64,000 nt of DNA from assembly GCA_036339465.1 (NCBI GenBank), contig JAYZAY010000085.1, forward strand, positions 32,001-96,000, read 5' to 3'. Origin of the DNA: Myxococcota bacterium. GTDB lineage: Bacteria > Myxococcota > XYA12-FULL-58-9 > JABJBS01. Numbering within the stretch: position 1 is the stretch's first letter; every line of letters begins with the position of its first letter. Made by a program: the position numbers and the translations under genes. Shown here piece after piece: positions 9,409 to 18,955 of this stretch. The notes under the pieces were generated by a model that was not told the DNA's origin, searched no databases, and saw only the letters and a list, made by a program, of their open reading frames with translations.

Positions 9409-10189
9409 CGATAGAATTTCTCACTTCTGCTTCTGAGAAGCTATTTGAGTTCAATTGGTCGAGCAAACGACTAAGATCCTCGAGGGCCAGTTTTAGATTG
9501 TTGACCATGTTGAGAACCATTCGACTGCCGGCCTGGGTGTCTTGGAAGGTCGAAGTAATAAGGAGGTCATTACGATTCAGTTCATCAGAATGAATGGCGG
9601 AAAGCTTACCAACTTCGAGACTTAATTCCTTAAATTCTCCGGCAACCACAGCAAATCCTCGACCAGCTTCTCCGGATCTCGCAGCTTCGATACTGGCATT
9701 GAGTGCCAACATAACTGTTCGATTTCCCATAGAGGCAAATTCGCGGCTTAGGCGAGTCATCTCAGCCAGGCTTGCCTTTACTTCGGCTAGGCCATCGTAC
9801 CAGCGCTCAAAGGTTTTAACGAGGGCGAGAAGCTGGTTTACTTCTTCGAGGGCATCTCCCAAAAGGTTGTTTGCCTTATGACCATCAAACGCACTTGAGT
9901 TTTGGTTGAGGGAGAGCGTAAGTGTATCACGGAGACCTTCTAATTCTGAGGATGTCTGTTGCTGAATGTTGGTTAGTTTTGACTTGTTTGTGGATACCTT
10001 CTGATTGAGATTCTCTTGGTTATGCGTAGCACTTTCGATTTCGCCTTGTTGCTCACGAACGCGTTTCTGATTTGATTCGAGATGACTTTGCATCTGGGCA
10101 ATTTGTACCTGATGTTTGTTTGATAACACCAATTTCGCTGTCAGCAAGCCACAAGCAAAACCGACCAGAATACAAGCAAGGATTGTCAT
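9368..10189 (-). CDS. Short membrane-anchored MCP-signalling-domain protein
   Basis: One N-terminal TM helix, coiled coil, LALNASIEAARSGEAGRGFAVVA.E hairpin tip; no sensor or HAMP domain. Confidence 0.8.
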   Translation of the reverse strand: MTILACILVGFACGLLTAKLVLSNKHQVQIAQMQSHLESNQKRVREQQGEIESATHNQENLNQKVSTNKSKLTNIQQQTSSELEGLRDTLTLSLNQNSSAFDGHKANNLLGDALEEVNQLLALVKTFERWYDGLAEVKASLAEMTRLSREFASMGNRTVMLALNASIEAARSGEAGRGFAVVAGEFKELSLEVGKLSAIHSDELNRNDLLITSTFQDTQAGSRMVLNMVNNLKLALEDLSRLLDQLNSNSFSEAEVRNSIDEVLGKIKHQLRA

Positions 10190-10237
10190 TCATAGACCTG
10201 AGGTAAAACGACCATGATGTTTTCGCTTCGCCGATTC

Positions 10238-10606
10238 TTAGCTTTCCACCATCTTCTTGATTGGACCGAGTGCATGTTGCCCATTAAAAGGCTTTACAAT
10301 CCAGCCAGAAACGCCAGCGGCCTTGCCCCTTTGTTTTAGAGCAGGACTGTTCTCGGTAGTCAGGACGATGATTTTGACGGCCTGGTTGTTTAGCTCCGAT
10401 CTAATCTTTTCCGCGAGTGTTAGCCCATCCATGTTTGGCATGTTGACGTCGGTGATTACCAACTTAACAGAGCTATCGCCTCTCAATTTGTTTAGAGCGT
10501 CAACTCCATCGACAGCTGTGTCTGTATTCAAACCGTTTTTACCAAGGAAATCCTTGATTCCTTCTCGAACTACCGCAGAATCGTCAACCACTAAAATTTT
10601 TCCCAT
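10238..10606 (-). CDS. cheY: CheY-like single-domain response regulator
   Basis: ILVVDDS, ITDVNMPNMDG, LTTE, GWIVKPF. Confidence 0.88.
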   Translation of the reverse strand: MGKILVVDDSAVVREGIKDFLGKNGLNTDTAVDGVDALNKLRGDSSVKLVITDVNMPNMDGLTLAEKIRSELNNQAVKIIVLTTENSPALKQRGKAAGVSGWIVKPFNGQHALGPIKKMVES

Positions 10607-10674
10607 TGTAAAATCCCCGTTTTTACTTTCAATCTAAAGATACCTCTAAAGTCATACTAAATCAAAATCCGATA

Positions 10675-11646
10675 TTAAAAGAACTCTAAAATCCCATCTT
10701 TCACTGCTTCCTGCACGACCGGTTCCTCGGGAACATCCTCTGGATCCCAGTGTGAATGAAATGATAAACGTAGATACATTTGAAACGGCTCAAATTCATT
10801 GGCTCCGTCTCGTTTGTCGCGAATGGCAAAGTCCAAGCACAGCATTGGCACGGTGGTACCAAAGCTGAGGTACCCGTCAAGATGATTTACGGTCATCGGA
10901 ATTTCTGGGAAAGTTTTGTGTTCGCTATTGCCATTAGGAACATATTTATTTTTGAATGCGCCTGAGAACCGGTTCATGACCTCGCGGATCATGTCTTCGG
11001 CATAAAGTGGGGCCTTCTCGACCGTTTGTCCAAAATGAGTTCGTCCAAGTCCTACGAGATTGGCGATATCTGATGTATTTGTTTCCAGGAGCATCGCACC
11101 GGCACACCAAGTGCTTCGAATTGGCATGTATTCTAGCCGCCCACCGTACATGCGTCGGTCGGCTGAAACTAAAATGCGCTCGAGGAATGGTTCGGTATCT
11201 GAGAATTGCTCCGCCAGTATTTTGCAAAAATCATTAACGAGATTTTGAAGCAGTTTACCAGGGTAATAACGACTGAAAATATATTCTCCCAACAGGGACG
11301 TTAATTGTGGATCTGAAATCTGGTCATATTTCACGACCACAGCGGTTGGTTGCTCCGCCATGAATTCGTCGATTAATTCAGATTCGTGGGAGCGAATAAA
11401 TATTGGGATTTCTCGTCTTTGTTCGTAAATTTTATGTAGGATGCTTTTTATTGCAGGAAAGGGGCCTCCGAGGAAAATGGCTCCAATTCTTAGATTGGAG
11501 CCGAGCATTTTCCAAAAGGCCTCATCCTGTCTGACCAGAAGGCCAGTAACCTTGCGTGCTCGCAAAAACTCAACCAATTCTGCACTTGAGTCCCGTTGCT
11601 TTTCAAAAGCGAGTAGTTTGGCTCCGACCTGTATATTTGAGTCCAA
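10675..11646 (-). CDS. Hypothetical protein: degenerate receiver-like N-terminus plus CheX-like C-terminal domain
   Basis: MIREVMNRFSGAFK...EIP (E-x2-N); acidic tail ending GILEFF; first gene of the che cluster. Confidence 0.55.
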   Translation of the reverse strand: MDSNIQVGAKLLAFEKQRDSSAELVEFLRARKVTGLLVRQDEAFWKMLGSNLRIGAIFLGGPFPAIKSILHKIYEQRREIPIFIRSHESELIDEFMAEQPTAVVVKYDQISDPQLTSLLGEYIFSRYYPGKLLQNLVNDFCKILAEQFSDTEPFLERILVSADRRMYGGRLEYMPIRSTWCAGAMLLETNTSDIANLVGLGRTHFGQTVEKAPLYAEDMIREVMNRFSGAFKNKYVPNGNSEHKTFPEIPMTVNHLDGYLSFGTTVPMLCLDFAIRDKRDGANEFEPFQMYLRLSFHSHWDPEDVPEEPVVQEAVKDGILEFF

Positions 11647-12399
11647 TCCTATCTCCTACACATGATACTTATAACTTTGACAGGTTTTGAATTTAGGATC
11701 TAGGCTAGGCCAATCTTTTTCATAAAACAATGAAGGTGTTATCGATGACGGACACCCATCTCGGATTTGCGGTAAGGTAGAGCGGGCTAGCCGTACGTCG
11801 AGGTTTGCTCTACTCAAGAGTTTCTTGGTACATGTAGCTAAAATTATGTGGGATTCTAGGATACTTGTGGTGTTGGAATTGGGCCATAAGGAGATTCCGG
11901 TAGAGAGGCCCGAGGTGGGTAAATGTGTTCAAAACAGAAAAGGCCGTACAATGTCTCTCCCCACATGGCTCGATTACGAAAACAGATGTAACACATTGAA
12001 ATAACTGCTCCTTGGTTCCTTTTCTTCTTTTCTATTCTTTGAAGACTAGGGATGACGATCTCTGGTACAGTTACAGTCTGTTTTTTAGCAATGCGTGCCA
12101 GACAATGTAACCGGCTGGGAATAGTCAGCTGAGCTGGTTTGACTTAGATGAGAATTTTTTCGGTAATTGCTTGTGTTCGTTCCTGTCCAGAAGGTGGTGA
12201 GTTGAGGCTGGCCCAAGCCATACCTTTCATGCATTCGATGACTCCCACCGGGGACACAATGGGTAAATACCAGAATGTGTTCTTTTGATGATAGGTCTCT
12301 GAGTTGCCGTGTGTTACGCAGGGACAAGGTTCGAATCAGAGCGACCATTTATCCTTGTGAGTAGATTTTCTTGTCGTCGAAAAAGAGGACTCTTGTTTG

Positions 12400-13674
12400 C
12401 TACTTTTTTGGTTCTATGATCTCTCGTCCATTCATATATTGACGAAGCGCTTTGGGAATGGTGACGGACCCATCTTTATTTTGGTAGGTTTCCAAGATAG
12501 GAATCAATATTCTAGGGGACGCGATTGCAGTGTTATTTAAGGTGTAGCAATGGAGATTCTTTCCCGATTCAGTTTTATAGCGGATTTTAGAACGTCTTGC
12601 CTGAAAATCGTGGAGTGTAGAACAGGAGTGAGTTTCTGAATAGGTCTGTCTGCTTGGCATCCAAGTTTCGACTTCGTGTTTTCGGATTTGTCCTAATCCC
12701 AATTCGACACTGCAGGCTAGGGCGATTCTGTGGGGCAGTTCCAATGCTTGTAGGATCTCCTCTGAGTTTTGCAGAAGGAGCATGTGTTCTTTGAGGGAGG
12801 CCTCTGGATCCGCATGACAAATCACAACCTGCTCCACTTTTTGGAAGTGGTGCACTCTGTAGAGGCCTTTGGTATCTCGGCCCGCAGCACCAGCTTCACG
12901 TCGGAAACAGTCCGATATTCCCGCATAGCGTATTGGTAGTTCTTCTTCGCTGAGGATCTGGTCCATGTGAAGTGATACGAGTCCAACCTCTGAAGTACCA
13001 GTTAGAAAAAGTTCGTCTTTTTCTATGGCGTAGGACTCTTCAAAATGGAGCGGAAAGAAACCAGTTCCTTGCATTGCTGTTTCTTTGACCAATATTGGTG
13101 GGGAAACGGCGGTGAAGCCCTTCCTGATAACGTGGTTTAATGCCAGCTGCAGGACCGCGAGTTCAAGCAAGACGCCGTCTCCTGTTAAAGCGTAACTTCT
13201 GGAGCCGGCATATTGTCGAGGACCATCAAAATTAACGAGTCCTAGTGACAACGCAAGTTCCAGGTGATCTTTGGGGGTAAAATCAAACTTGCGGGCCTCG
13301 CCCCATTTGCGTAGTTCAATATTGTCTTTTTCACCGGTGCCAACTGGGACTTCTGGAGCAGGAACTCCAGGAACGAAGAGCATAAGGTTCTTAAATTCCG
13401 CTTCGATGCTTTGGATTTTTTCTTCATCCGCTTTGAGAGCTTGTCCTACTGTTTTCGATTCTTGAATGGCATTTTCTCTCTCGTCGCCTTTTAGTTTGGG
13501 TATGGAAGAAGAGAGACTATTTCGTTTTTGTCTTAGAGCTTCAATTTCTTGGGTCAATGAGCGGCGGGCTTGATCAACTTCCAGTAGACGGTCTAGATCA
13601 AGATTAACTTGTTTGTTCTTTATGGCTGTCCTGATCTTGTCAGGGTTTTCTCGGATAAAGTTTATGTCTAACAT
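12400..13674 (-). CDS. serS: Serine--tRNA ligase
   Basis: MLDINFIREN N-terminal coiled coil, TSE, FRREAG..GRDTKGLYRVH.F.KVEQ, TLNNTAIASPR. Confidence 0.96.
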   Translation of the reverse strand: MLDINFIRENPDKIRTAIKNKQVNLDLDRLLEVDQARRSLTQEIEALRQKRNSLSSSIPKLKGDERENAIQESKTVGQALKADEEKIQSIEAEFKNLMLFVPGVPAPEVPVGTGEKDNIELRKWGEARKFDFTPKDHLELALSLGLVNFDGPRQYAGSRSYALTGDGVLLELAVLQLALNHVIRKGFTAVSPPILVKETAMQGTGFFPLHFEESYAIEKDELFLTGTSEVGLVSLHMDQILSEEELPIRYAGISDCFRREAGAAGRDTKGLYRVHHFQKVEQVVICHADPEASLKEHMLLLQNSEEILQALELPHRIALACSVELGLGQIRKHEVETWMPSRQTYSETHSCSTLHDFQARRSKIRYKTESGKNLHCYTLNNTAIASPRILIPILETYQNKDGSVTIPKALRQYMNGREIIEPKK

Positions 13675-13749
13675 CCAGGGCTTCCTAAGAAATATTTTTC
13701 TAATCTCAAGGTTTCATGTAGTCCACAATCGTGACGCGAATCAGACGAC

Positions 13750-13847
13750 TGGCGGAAGCGCACGGGAATCGAACCCGCCAGAGCCGTTTCTCACGTCTCT
13801 CATTGGTTTTGAAGACCAAGGGCAGCACCAGCCAACCACGCGCATCC
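13750..13847 (-). tRNA. selC: tRNA-Sec (anticodon UCA)
   Basis: Minus strand GGATGCGC-GT-D arm-C-TTGGT CTTCAAA ACCAA-long variable arm-GCGGG TTCGATT CCCGT-GCGCTTCC-G-CCA; 8/5 fold, G discriminator, encoded CCA. Confidence 0.95.
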
Positions 13848-13891
13848 TCTATGTAAAAGCCAGGGGACTCTAATCTTCTTGACTGAGTATT

Positions 13892-14401
13892 TCAATTGGG
13901 AACGCTAGCCATAAGCGACTTTTGAATTTCTGGACCCCAGCCCATGTCCCGAATGCCTTTCAAAACAATCGCTAGATAATCATTGGTTGGCCGGACGGGA
14001 AAATTTTCGTGCCACTCAGGCAGTACACAGTATACCCAGCAATAAATTTCTTTTTTTTCCCTGTGGGTTAGACATGATATGCGCTGGTTACCTCGATGGT
14101 AACGCCTTGGATGGCCTTCCTTTTGATCGAGGAGCAGTATACCCTTTTTTGAAACCTTAAGAATGGCTCCATAGACCACAGAGTCTGGAGCCGGCTCCAC
14201 ATTGGCAGCTCCTCCTTGCCGCACGGGGGAGAGATAGTTCCAGATGAGCCGGTATTTTGGGAGGTAGGCGGGGATATATTCGATAACACATTCGTCAAAC
14301 GTATGACCATTTTTGGAAGCCCAAAGGCATAGGTCCTGTCGGTCGAGGTTTGATCCGTAGGCGAAAACAAAGTCCACGTCGATCGCGTCTCCACTTCCCA
14401 T
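13892..14401 (-). CDS. Gamma-glutamylcyclotransferase family protein
   Basis: FAYGSNL, GAANV, VYG, LDQKEG.P..Y, P...YL. Confidence 0.85.
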   Translation of the reverse strand: MGSGDAIDVDFVFAYGSNLDRQDLCLWASKNGHTFDECVIEYIPAYLPKYRLIWNYLSPVRQGGAANVEPAPDSVVYGAILKVSKKGILLLDQKEGHPRRYHRGNQRISCLTHREKKEIYCWVYCVLPEWHENFPVRPTNDYLAIVLKGIRDMGWGPEIQKSLMASVPN

Positions 14402-14543
14402 TTTCTTTCTCCCTAATAATAAAGGGTTACATATTTATCGGGGTTTGACCAATGCGGGCTAGAGTGCTACTGACCCCGCCGTGGAGCTCGGCGTGTTTTT
14501 ACGCCATTACCTACGAAAACCCTTTGTTTTAAGGTTGGGATTC

Positions 14544-15881
14544 ATGGAAGTACAGATTGAAGAAGCAAGCACTTTTATTCGAAAACTCTCTGTGACGATT
14601 CCGTCGATGGAAGTCGATACAGCATTCGAAAACGCCCTTCGAGAGGTGTCTAAGAAGGCGCAAATTCCAGGTTTTCGTCCCGGTAAAGCTCCAAAGGGGC
14701 TTCTGAGGGCACGATATGGGGAGCAGATTCAGGAGGATGTTCAAAATCAATTGGTCGAGAGTTCCCTGCCTAAAGTGATCACGGACCATGAATTAGCACC
14801 CGTCAGTCGTCCTAATGTTCATCCGGCGAAATGTAAGGAGGGGGTTAACTTCTCGTATGTTGCCGAAGTTGAAATTCAACCCGAAATTACTTTGACTAAA
14901 TACGAAGGACTGGAAGTTGAAGAAGTACCCGTTATCGTTGAAGAGAAAGATATTGAGGCTGAGCTGACACGTCTTCAGACTGAAAACACACAAATTGTGC
15001 CTGTGGAAGGGCGTGATGTTGCCGAAGAGGGCGATACTGTGGTTTTAGATTACGAAGGTCTGATCGGTGGGGTACCGTTTGACGGGGGGAAAGCAGAGGA
15101 TGCTTCTGTCGAGGTCGGTGCGGGCAGTTATTTAGCTGGTTTTGAGGCGGGAATTAAAGGGAAAAAAGTGCCCAGTGAAATCGAATTTCCTGTGGATTTT
15201 CCAGAGGATTATCAAGCCCCCAATCTGGCGGGACAGACGGCCACTTTTAAGGCCGTGTTAAAGGAGCTAAAAACAAAGGAAAAACCAGCTCTTGATGACG
15301 ACTTCGCTCAAGATTTAGGTGAGGATAATCTCGAGGATTTAAGGCTGAAAATTTCGGAGGAGATTAAAGGTCGTAAAGAAAAATCAGTTCGTCGTGAGGA
15401 ACGGAACCAAGCGCTTGCGGCATTGGTTGAATCGAATCCGTTCGACTGTGCGCCTTCTATTATCGATGATCAGGCCAATCGGATGATTTACGAAGCGGCT
15501 CAACGAATGGCTCAGTACACTGGGGTTCAACCAAACTTTGGTTCTCAGGAACTCGAATCCCTCAAGAAGGACAGTCTTCCAAATGCGGAAAACCATGTTC
15601 GATCTGGCTTACTTCTTTTAGAGGTAACCAAGGTTGCGGGTATGGCAGTCGAGGATGCTGACATTGACACAGAGATCGAGAAGCTGGCCGAGGAAGCCGG
15701 TGCGAATGGAGCCCAGGTAAAGACGCATTACCGGCGGCCACAGGAGCGAGATATGTTGAAATCGCGCTTACTTGAGGACAAGGTGATTGATTACTTACTT
15801 GAAAAGGCAATTCGCGTCGAGCCGAAGCCAAAGGAAGAGGTTGAAACAACCGGCGAAGAACCGGAAGTCACAGAAGCATAA
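14544..15881 (+). CDS. tig: Trigger factor
   Basis: IPGFRPGKAP ribosome-binding motif, FKBP domain (FDGG, FPEDY); precedes clpP. ATG 14544 preferred. Confidence 0.95.
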   Translation: MEVQIEEASTFIRKLSVTIPSMEVDTAFENALREVSKKAQIPGFRPGKAPKGLLRARYGEQIQEDVQNQLVESSLPKVITDHELAPVSRPNVHPAKCKEGVNFSYVAEVEIQPEITLTKYEGLEVEEVPVIVEEKDIEAELTRLQTENTQIVPVEGRDVAEEGDTVVLDYEGLIGGVPFDGGKAEDASVEVGAGSYLAGFEAGIKGKKVPSEIEFPVDFPEDYQAPNLAGQTATFKAVLKELKTKEKPALDDDFAQDLGEDNLEDLRLKISEEIKGRKEKSVRREERNQALAALVESNPFDCAPSIIDDQANRMIYEAAQRMAQYTGVQPNFGSQELESLKKDSLPNAENHVRSGLLLLEVTKVAGMAVEDADIDTEIEKLAEEAGANGAQVKTHYRRPQERDMLKSRLLEDKVIDYLLEKAIRVEPKPKEEVETTGEEPEVTEA

Positions 15882-16037
15882 TTAAAGATTTCATTGTCTT
15901 GCTAAGCCCCTTGCTTTCGTTCTAAATCATCAAGCGGCGGATGCTCTAATTTTCGCGGTAATAATCTGCATAACATAGCGTGTCTAGCGGTACAGAAGCG
16001 CGTTGTTTTGAATCTGTAGCTCAGGGAGAATTCACTG

Positions 16038-16661
16038 ATGTCGTATTTGGTCCCAACAGTAATTGAACAGACCCCTCGTGGTGAGAGAGCTTTCGATATT
16101 TATTCGCGACTTCTCAAGGACAGAATCGTCTTTATTGGTACGCCCATCGATGACCACGTTGCTAATTTAATTGTGGCTCAGCTTCTCTTTCTTGAGTCGG
16201 AAGACCCCGAGAAGGATATTAATATTTATGTTAATTCACCAGGAGGTTCCGTTACCGCAGGCTTAGCGATTTATGATACGATGCAGTACATCCGACCGGA
16301 GGTTGCGACGCTTTGTATGGGTCAAGCTGCGAGTATGGGAGCGGTTCTCTTGGCGGCCGGAACGAAGGGCAAGAGATTCGCCTTGCCACATGCTCGGGTG
16401 ATGATTCACCAACCCCTTGGGGGTATGCGGGGCCAAGCCTCCGATATGGAAATTCAGGCCAAGGAAATATTAAAGATTAAATCTCTTTTGACTGGATTGT
16501 TGGCGAAACATTCTAATCAGCCAGCGGATAAAGTCGTTAACGACTCGGATCGGGACTACTTCTTGAGTGCAGCTGAGGCAGCTGATTACGGATTAGTTGA
16601 CAAAGTCATCGAAAAAGAGAGCGAAGTGAGGGAAGCTACGGATTCGGCCCGTGATTCCTAA
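16038..16661 (+). CDS. clpP: ATP-dependent Clp protease proteolytic subunit
   Basis: [27 protein letters not shown]. Confidence 0.98.
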   Translation: MSYLVPTVIEQTPRGERAFDIYSRLLKDRIVFIGTPIDDHVANLIVAQLLFLESEDPEKDINIYVNSPGGSVTAGLAIYDTMQYIRPEVATLCMGQAASMGAVLLAAGTKGKRFALPHARVMIHQPLGGMRGQASDMEIQAKEILKIKSLLTGLLAKHSNQPADKVVNDSDRDYFLSAAEAADYGLVDKVIEKESEVREATDSARDS

Positions 16662-16846
16662 GCCAGGACCTCCTCAATGGTAAGAAATTTAGCCCATGGA
16701 CTTGGAACTTTTCTGATACACTGGCTAAGTGAGTAAAAAAACATTATGGAGCAACCCAGTTTTGGAAAAAATAATTCAGTTAAGGTGGCAATCAGGCGAT
16801 GTGTGGTTGTTGGCTTTTAAAATTTAACCGGCTTGAGGTGTGAATA

Positions 16847-18106
16847 GTGTCTAGTCGGCATGATACAACGAGCTCTTTAGTTTGTTCTTTCTGTGGGAAA
16901 AGTCAGAAAGAAGTGAAAAAGCTAATTGCGGGCCCAACAGTCTATATTTGTGATGAGTGTATTAGTCTCTGCAATGACATCATTGCAGAGGAATTTGAGG
17001 TAGATGAGTCCCATACGAAGCCTCTGTTGAAAATACCGAAGCCCATTGAAATTAAGGAAAGCCTTGATGAGTACGTCATCGGCCAAGAGCGTGCCAAGAA
17101 AGTTCTCTCTGTGGCAGTCCACAACCACTATAAGAGAATTGACTCCAACGTTTCTACTGACGATGTAGAACTTCAGAAAAGCAATATCCTGCTTTTAGGT
17201 CCCACGGGAAGTGGAAAAACACTTTTGGCCCAGACATTGGCCCGGATTATTGATGTTCCATTTTGCATCGCGGATGCTACCAGTTTGACCGAGGCAGGTT
17301 ATGTGGGTGAAGATGTCGAGAACGTCATTGTGAATCTTTTGCAGTCCGCAGACGGGGACATCGAGCGAGCGCAAAGGGGCATCGTGTATATCGACGAAAT
17401 AGATAAGATTGCCCGCAAAGCGGAAAATCCTTCTATTACTCGTGACGTCTCTGGCGAGGGGGTTCAGCAGGCCCTTCTTAAAATAATCGAAGGAACCATG
17501 GCGAGTGTGCCGCCTAAAGGTGGTCGAAAGCATCCACAACAGGAATTCCTTCAGATTGACACGACAAATATCTTATTTATTTGTGGTGGGGCTTTTTCTG
17601 GATTGGAAACCGTGATTGAGCGGAGGTTAGGGAAGCACGGGATGGGCTTTGGTGCGGACATTGCGCCCCGAGCAGCCAAGCCTCTGGGGGAGGTTTTCTC
17701 CGCAGTCAGTGGCGAAGATTTACTCAAGTTTGGTTTAATTCCCGAATTTATTGGACGTTTGCCGGTCGTCTCTACGTTGGGCGAACTCGATGAAAGTGCG
17801 CTTGTTCAGGTGCTGAGCAAGCCCAAGAATGCACTTGTTAAGCAATACAAGAAGTTATTCGACCTAGATAAGGTCAAGCTTACTTTCGCCGAGGATGCGT
17901 TGCTGGCGGTGGCGGCCTTAGCAGTTAAACGCAAGACAGGTGCGAGGGGTTTGAGGGCAATTCTAGAGAAGGCAATGTTGGATATCATGTATGAGATCCC
18001 CAGCCATAGTGATATTCTTGAGGTTGTGATCTCTGAAGAAGTGATCAATCGTGGGGAGCGTCCTTTGGTGGTCTATCAGGACGAGCCGGCGAAAGAAGCC
18101 AGCTAG
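16847..18106 (+). CDS. clpX: Clp protease ATP-binding subunit ClpX
   Basis: CSFCGK...ICDEC Zn finger, [28 protein letters not shown]. Confidence 0.98.
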   Translation: MSSRHDTTSSLVCSFCGKSQKEVKKLIAGPTVYICDECISLCNDIIAEEFEVDESHTKPLLKIPKPIEIKESLDEYVIGQERAKKVLSVAVHNHYKRIDSNVSTDDVELQKSNILLLGPTGSGKTLLAQTLARIIDVPFCIADATSLTEAGYVGEDVENVIVNLLQSADGDIERAQRGIVYIDEIDKIARKAENPSITRDVSGEGVQQALLKIIEGTMASVPPKGGRKHPQQEFLQIDTTNILFICGGAFSGLETVIERRLGKHGMGFGADIAPRAAKPLGEVFSAVSGEDLLKFGLIPEFIGRLPVVSTLGELDESALVQVLSKPKNALVKQYKKLFDLDKVKLTFAEDALLAVAALAVKRKTGARGLRAILEKAMLDIMYEIPSHSDILEVVISEEVINRGERPLVVYQDEPAKEAS

Positions 18107-18288
18107 TTACCTCACTCACACCAGACATCAGCGATAGACGTATAGCCAGTCGGCATGGCTCGTTTTGATTGCTTGTGTTTGCTCGTTTTTATCGTTGTTC
18201 TGGTATTATCGAAGAGAACATCGTCGGCGGGAGCGGTGAATGTCGCTCACGTGAGGCCAGGGTCTAGTGGGTGGATGGTATCCTGGCG

Positions 18289-18774
18289 CTAAAAACGCTG
18301 CTCCTTAATTCGGTGAACGAAAAGCTGACGGTAGACTTGGTCGGCAGGTAAAACGGAAATGTCGACGCGCGTAATGCCCATCTTGGCCTTGAAAACAAGA
18401 CTTAGATCTACCCTTGGTAGATTCCAAGGAATCTCCAATTTCCAGGTGTCGTATTTCGTAAGTTTTGGTAAGATCACTCTCGCGGGATGGAACCCGTCAG
18501 CCAGTAAGAGAGTCTGGTTACAGTAGTTGGTCAAATTTAGTTCAATGGCCTCGTAGATATTACCTCGTCCGGTCGTCTTGATCCCGCTAGGCGGCCAAAT
18601 TTTCTCTCCTTCGGCGCTCAGGATTTCACGGATCTTAACAAGAGAGTCGGGATCACATTCCTCGAGGGCCAATGTGTTAGTGGTAGTGGGCGGTGCTTGA
18701 GAGTCGCAGGCGCAACACAAGAGAAGGTAAAGTATTGTCGCCATTTGGGCGCTAGTGTTGGTAGTCTTTGACAT
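18289..18774 (-). CDS. Hypothetical putative lipoprotein
   Basis: 161-aa ORF filling the clpX-lon gap; hydrophobic segment ending CCAC-D (lipobox-like). Confidence 0.5.
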   Translation of the reverse strand: MSKTTNTSAQMATILYLLLCCACDSQAPPTTTNTLALEECDPDSLVKIREILSAEGEKIWPPSGIKTTGRGNIYEAIELNLTNYCNQTLLLADGFHPARVILPKLTKYDTWKLEIPWNLPRVDLSLVFKAKMGITRVDISVLPADQVYRQLFVHRIKEQRF

Positions 18775-18955
18775 TTAACTCACGGGTGTTTTTGGCCGCG
18801 CACACGTAGCTGGGTTGAGTTTTCGAAGCCAAGTTGAGATAACCTAATCTGGGTTTTCGTATGGGACGTGCATACATTTGTTAATCATCAATCCATTGGA
18901 TGGATGTTTTTCGGATTTTTGACGTCTTGTCAATCAACGAAACTGGCCCTAGTTT

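Noticed and set aside
11740..11830. c-di-GMP-I riboswitch upstream of the che cassette
   Set aside because: Only scattered GCAAA words; the conserved stems and GNRA loop/receptor could not be built
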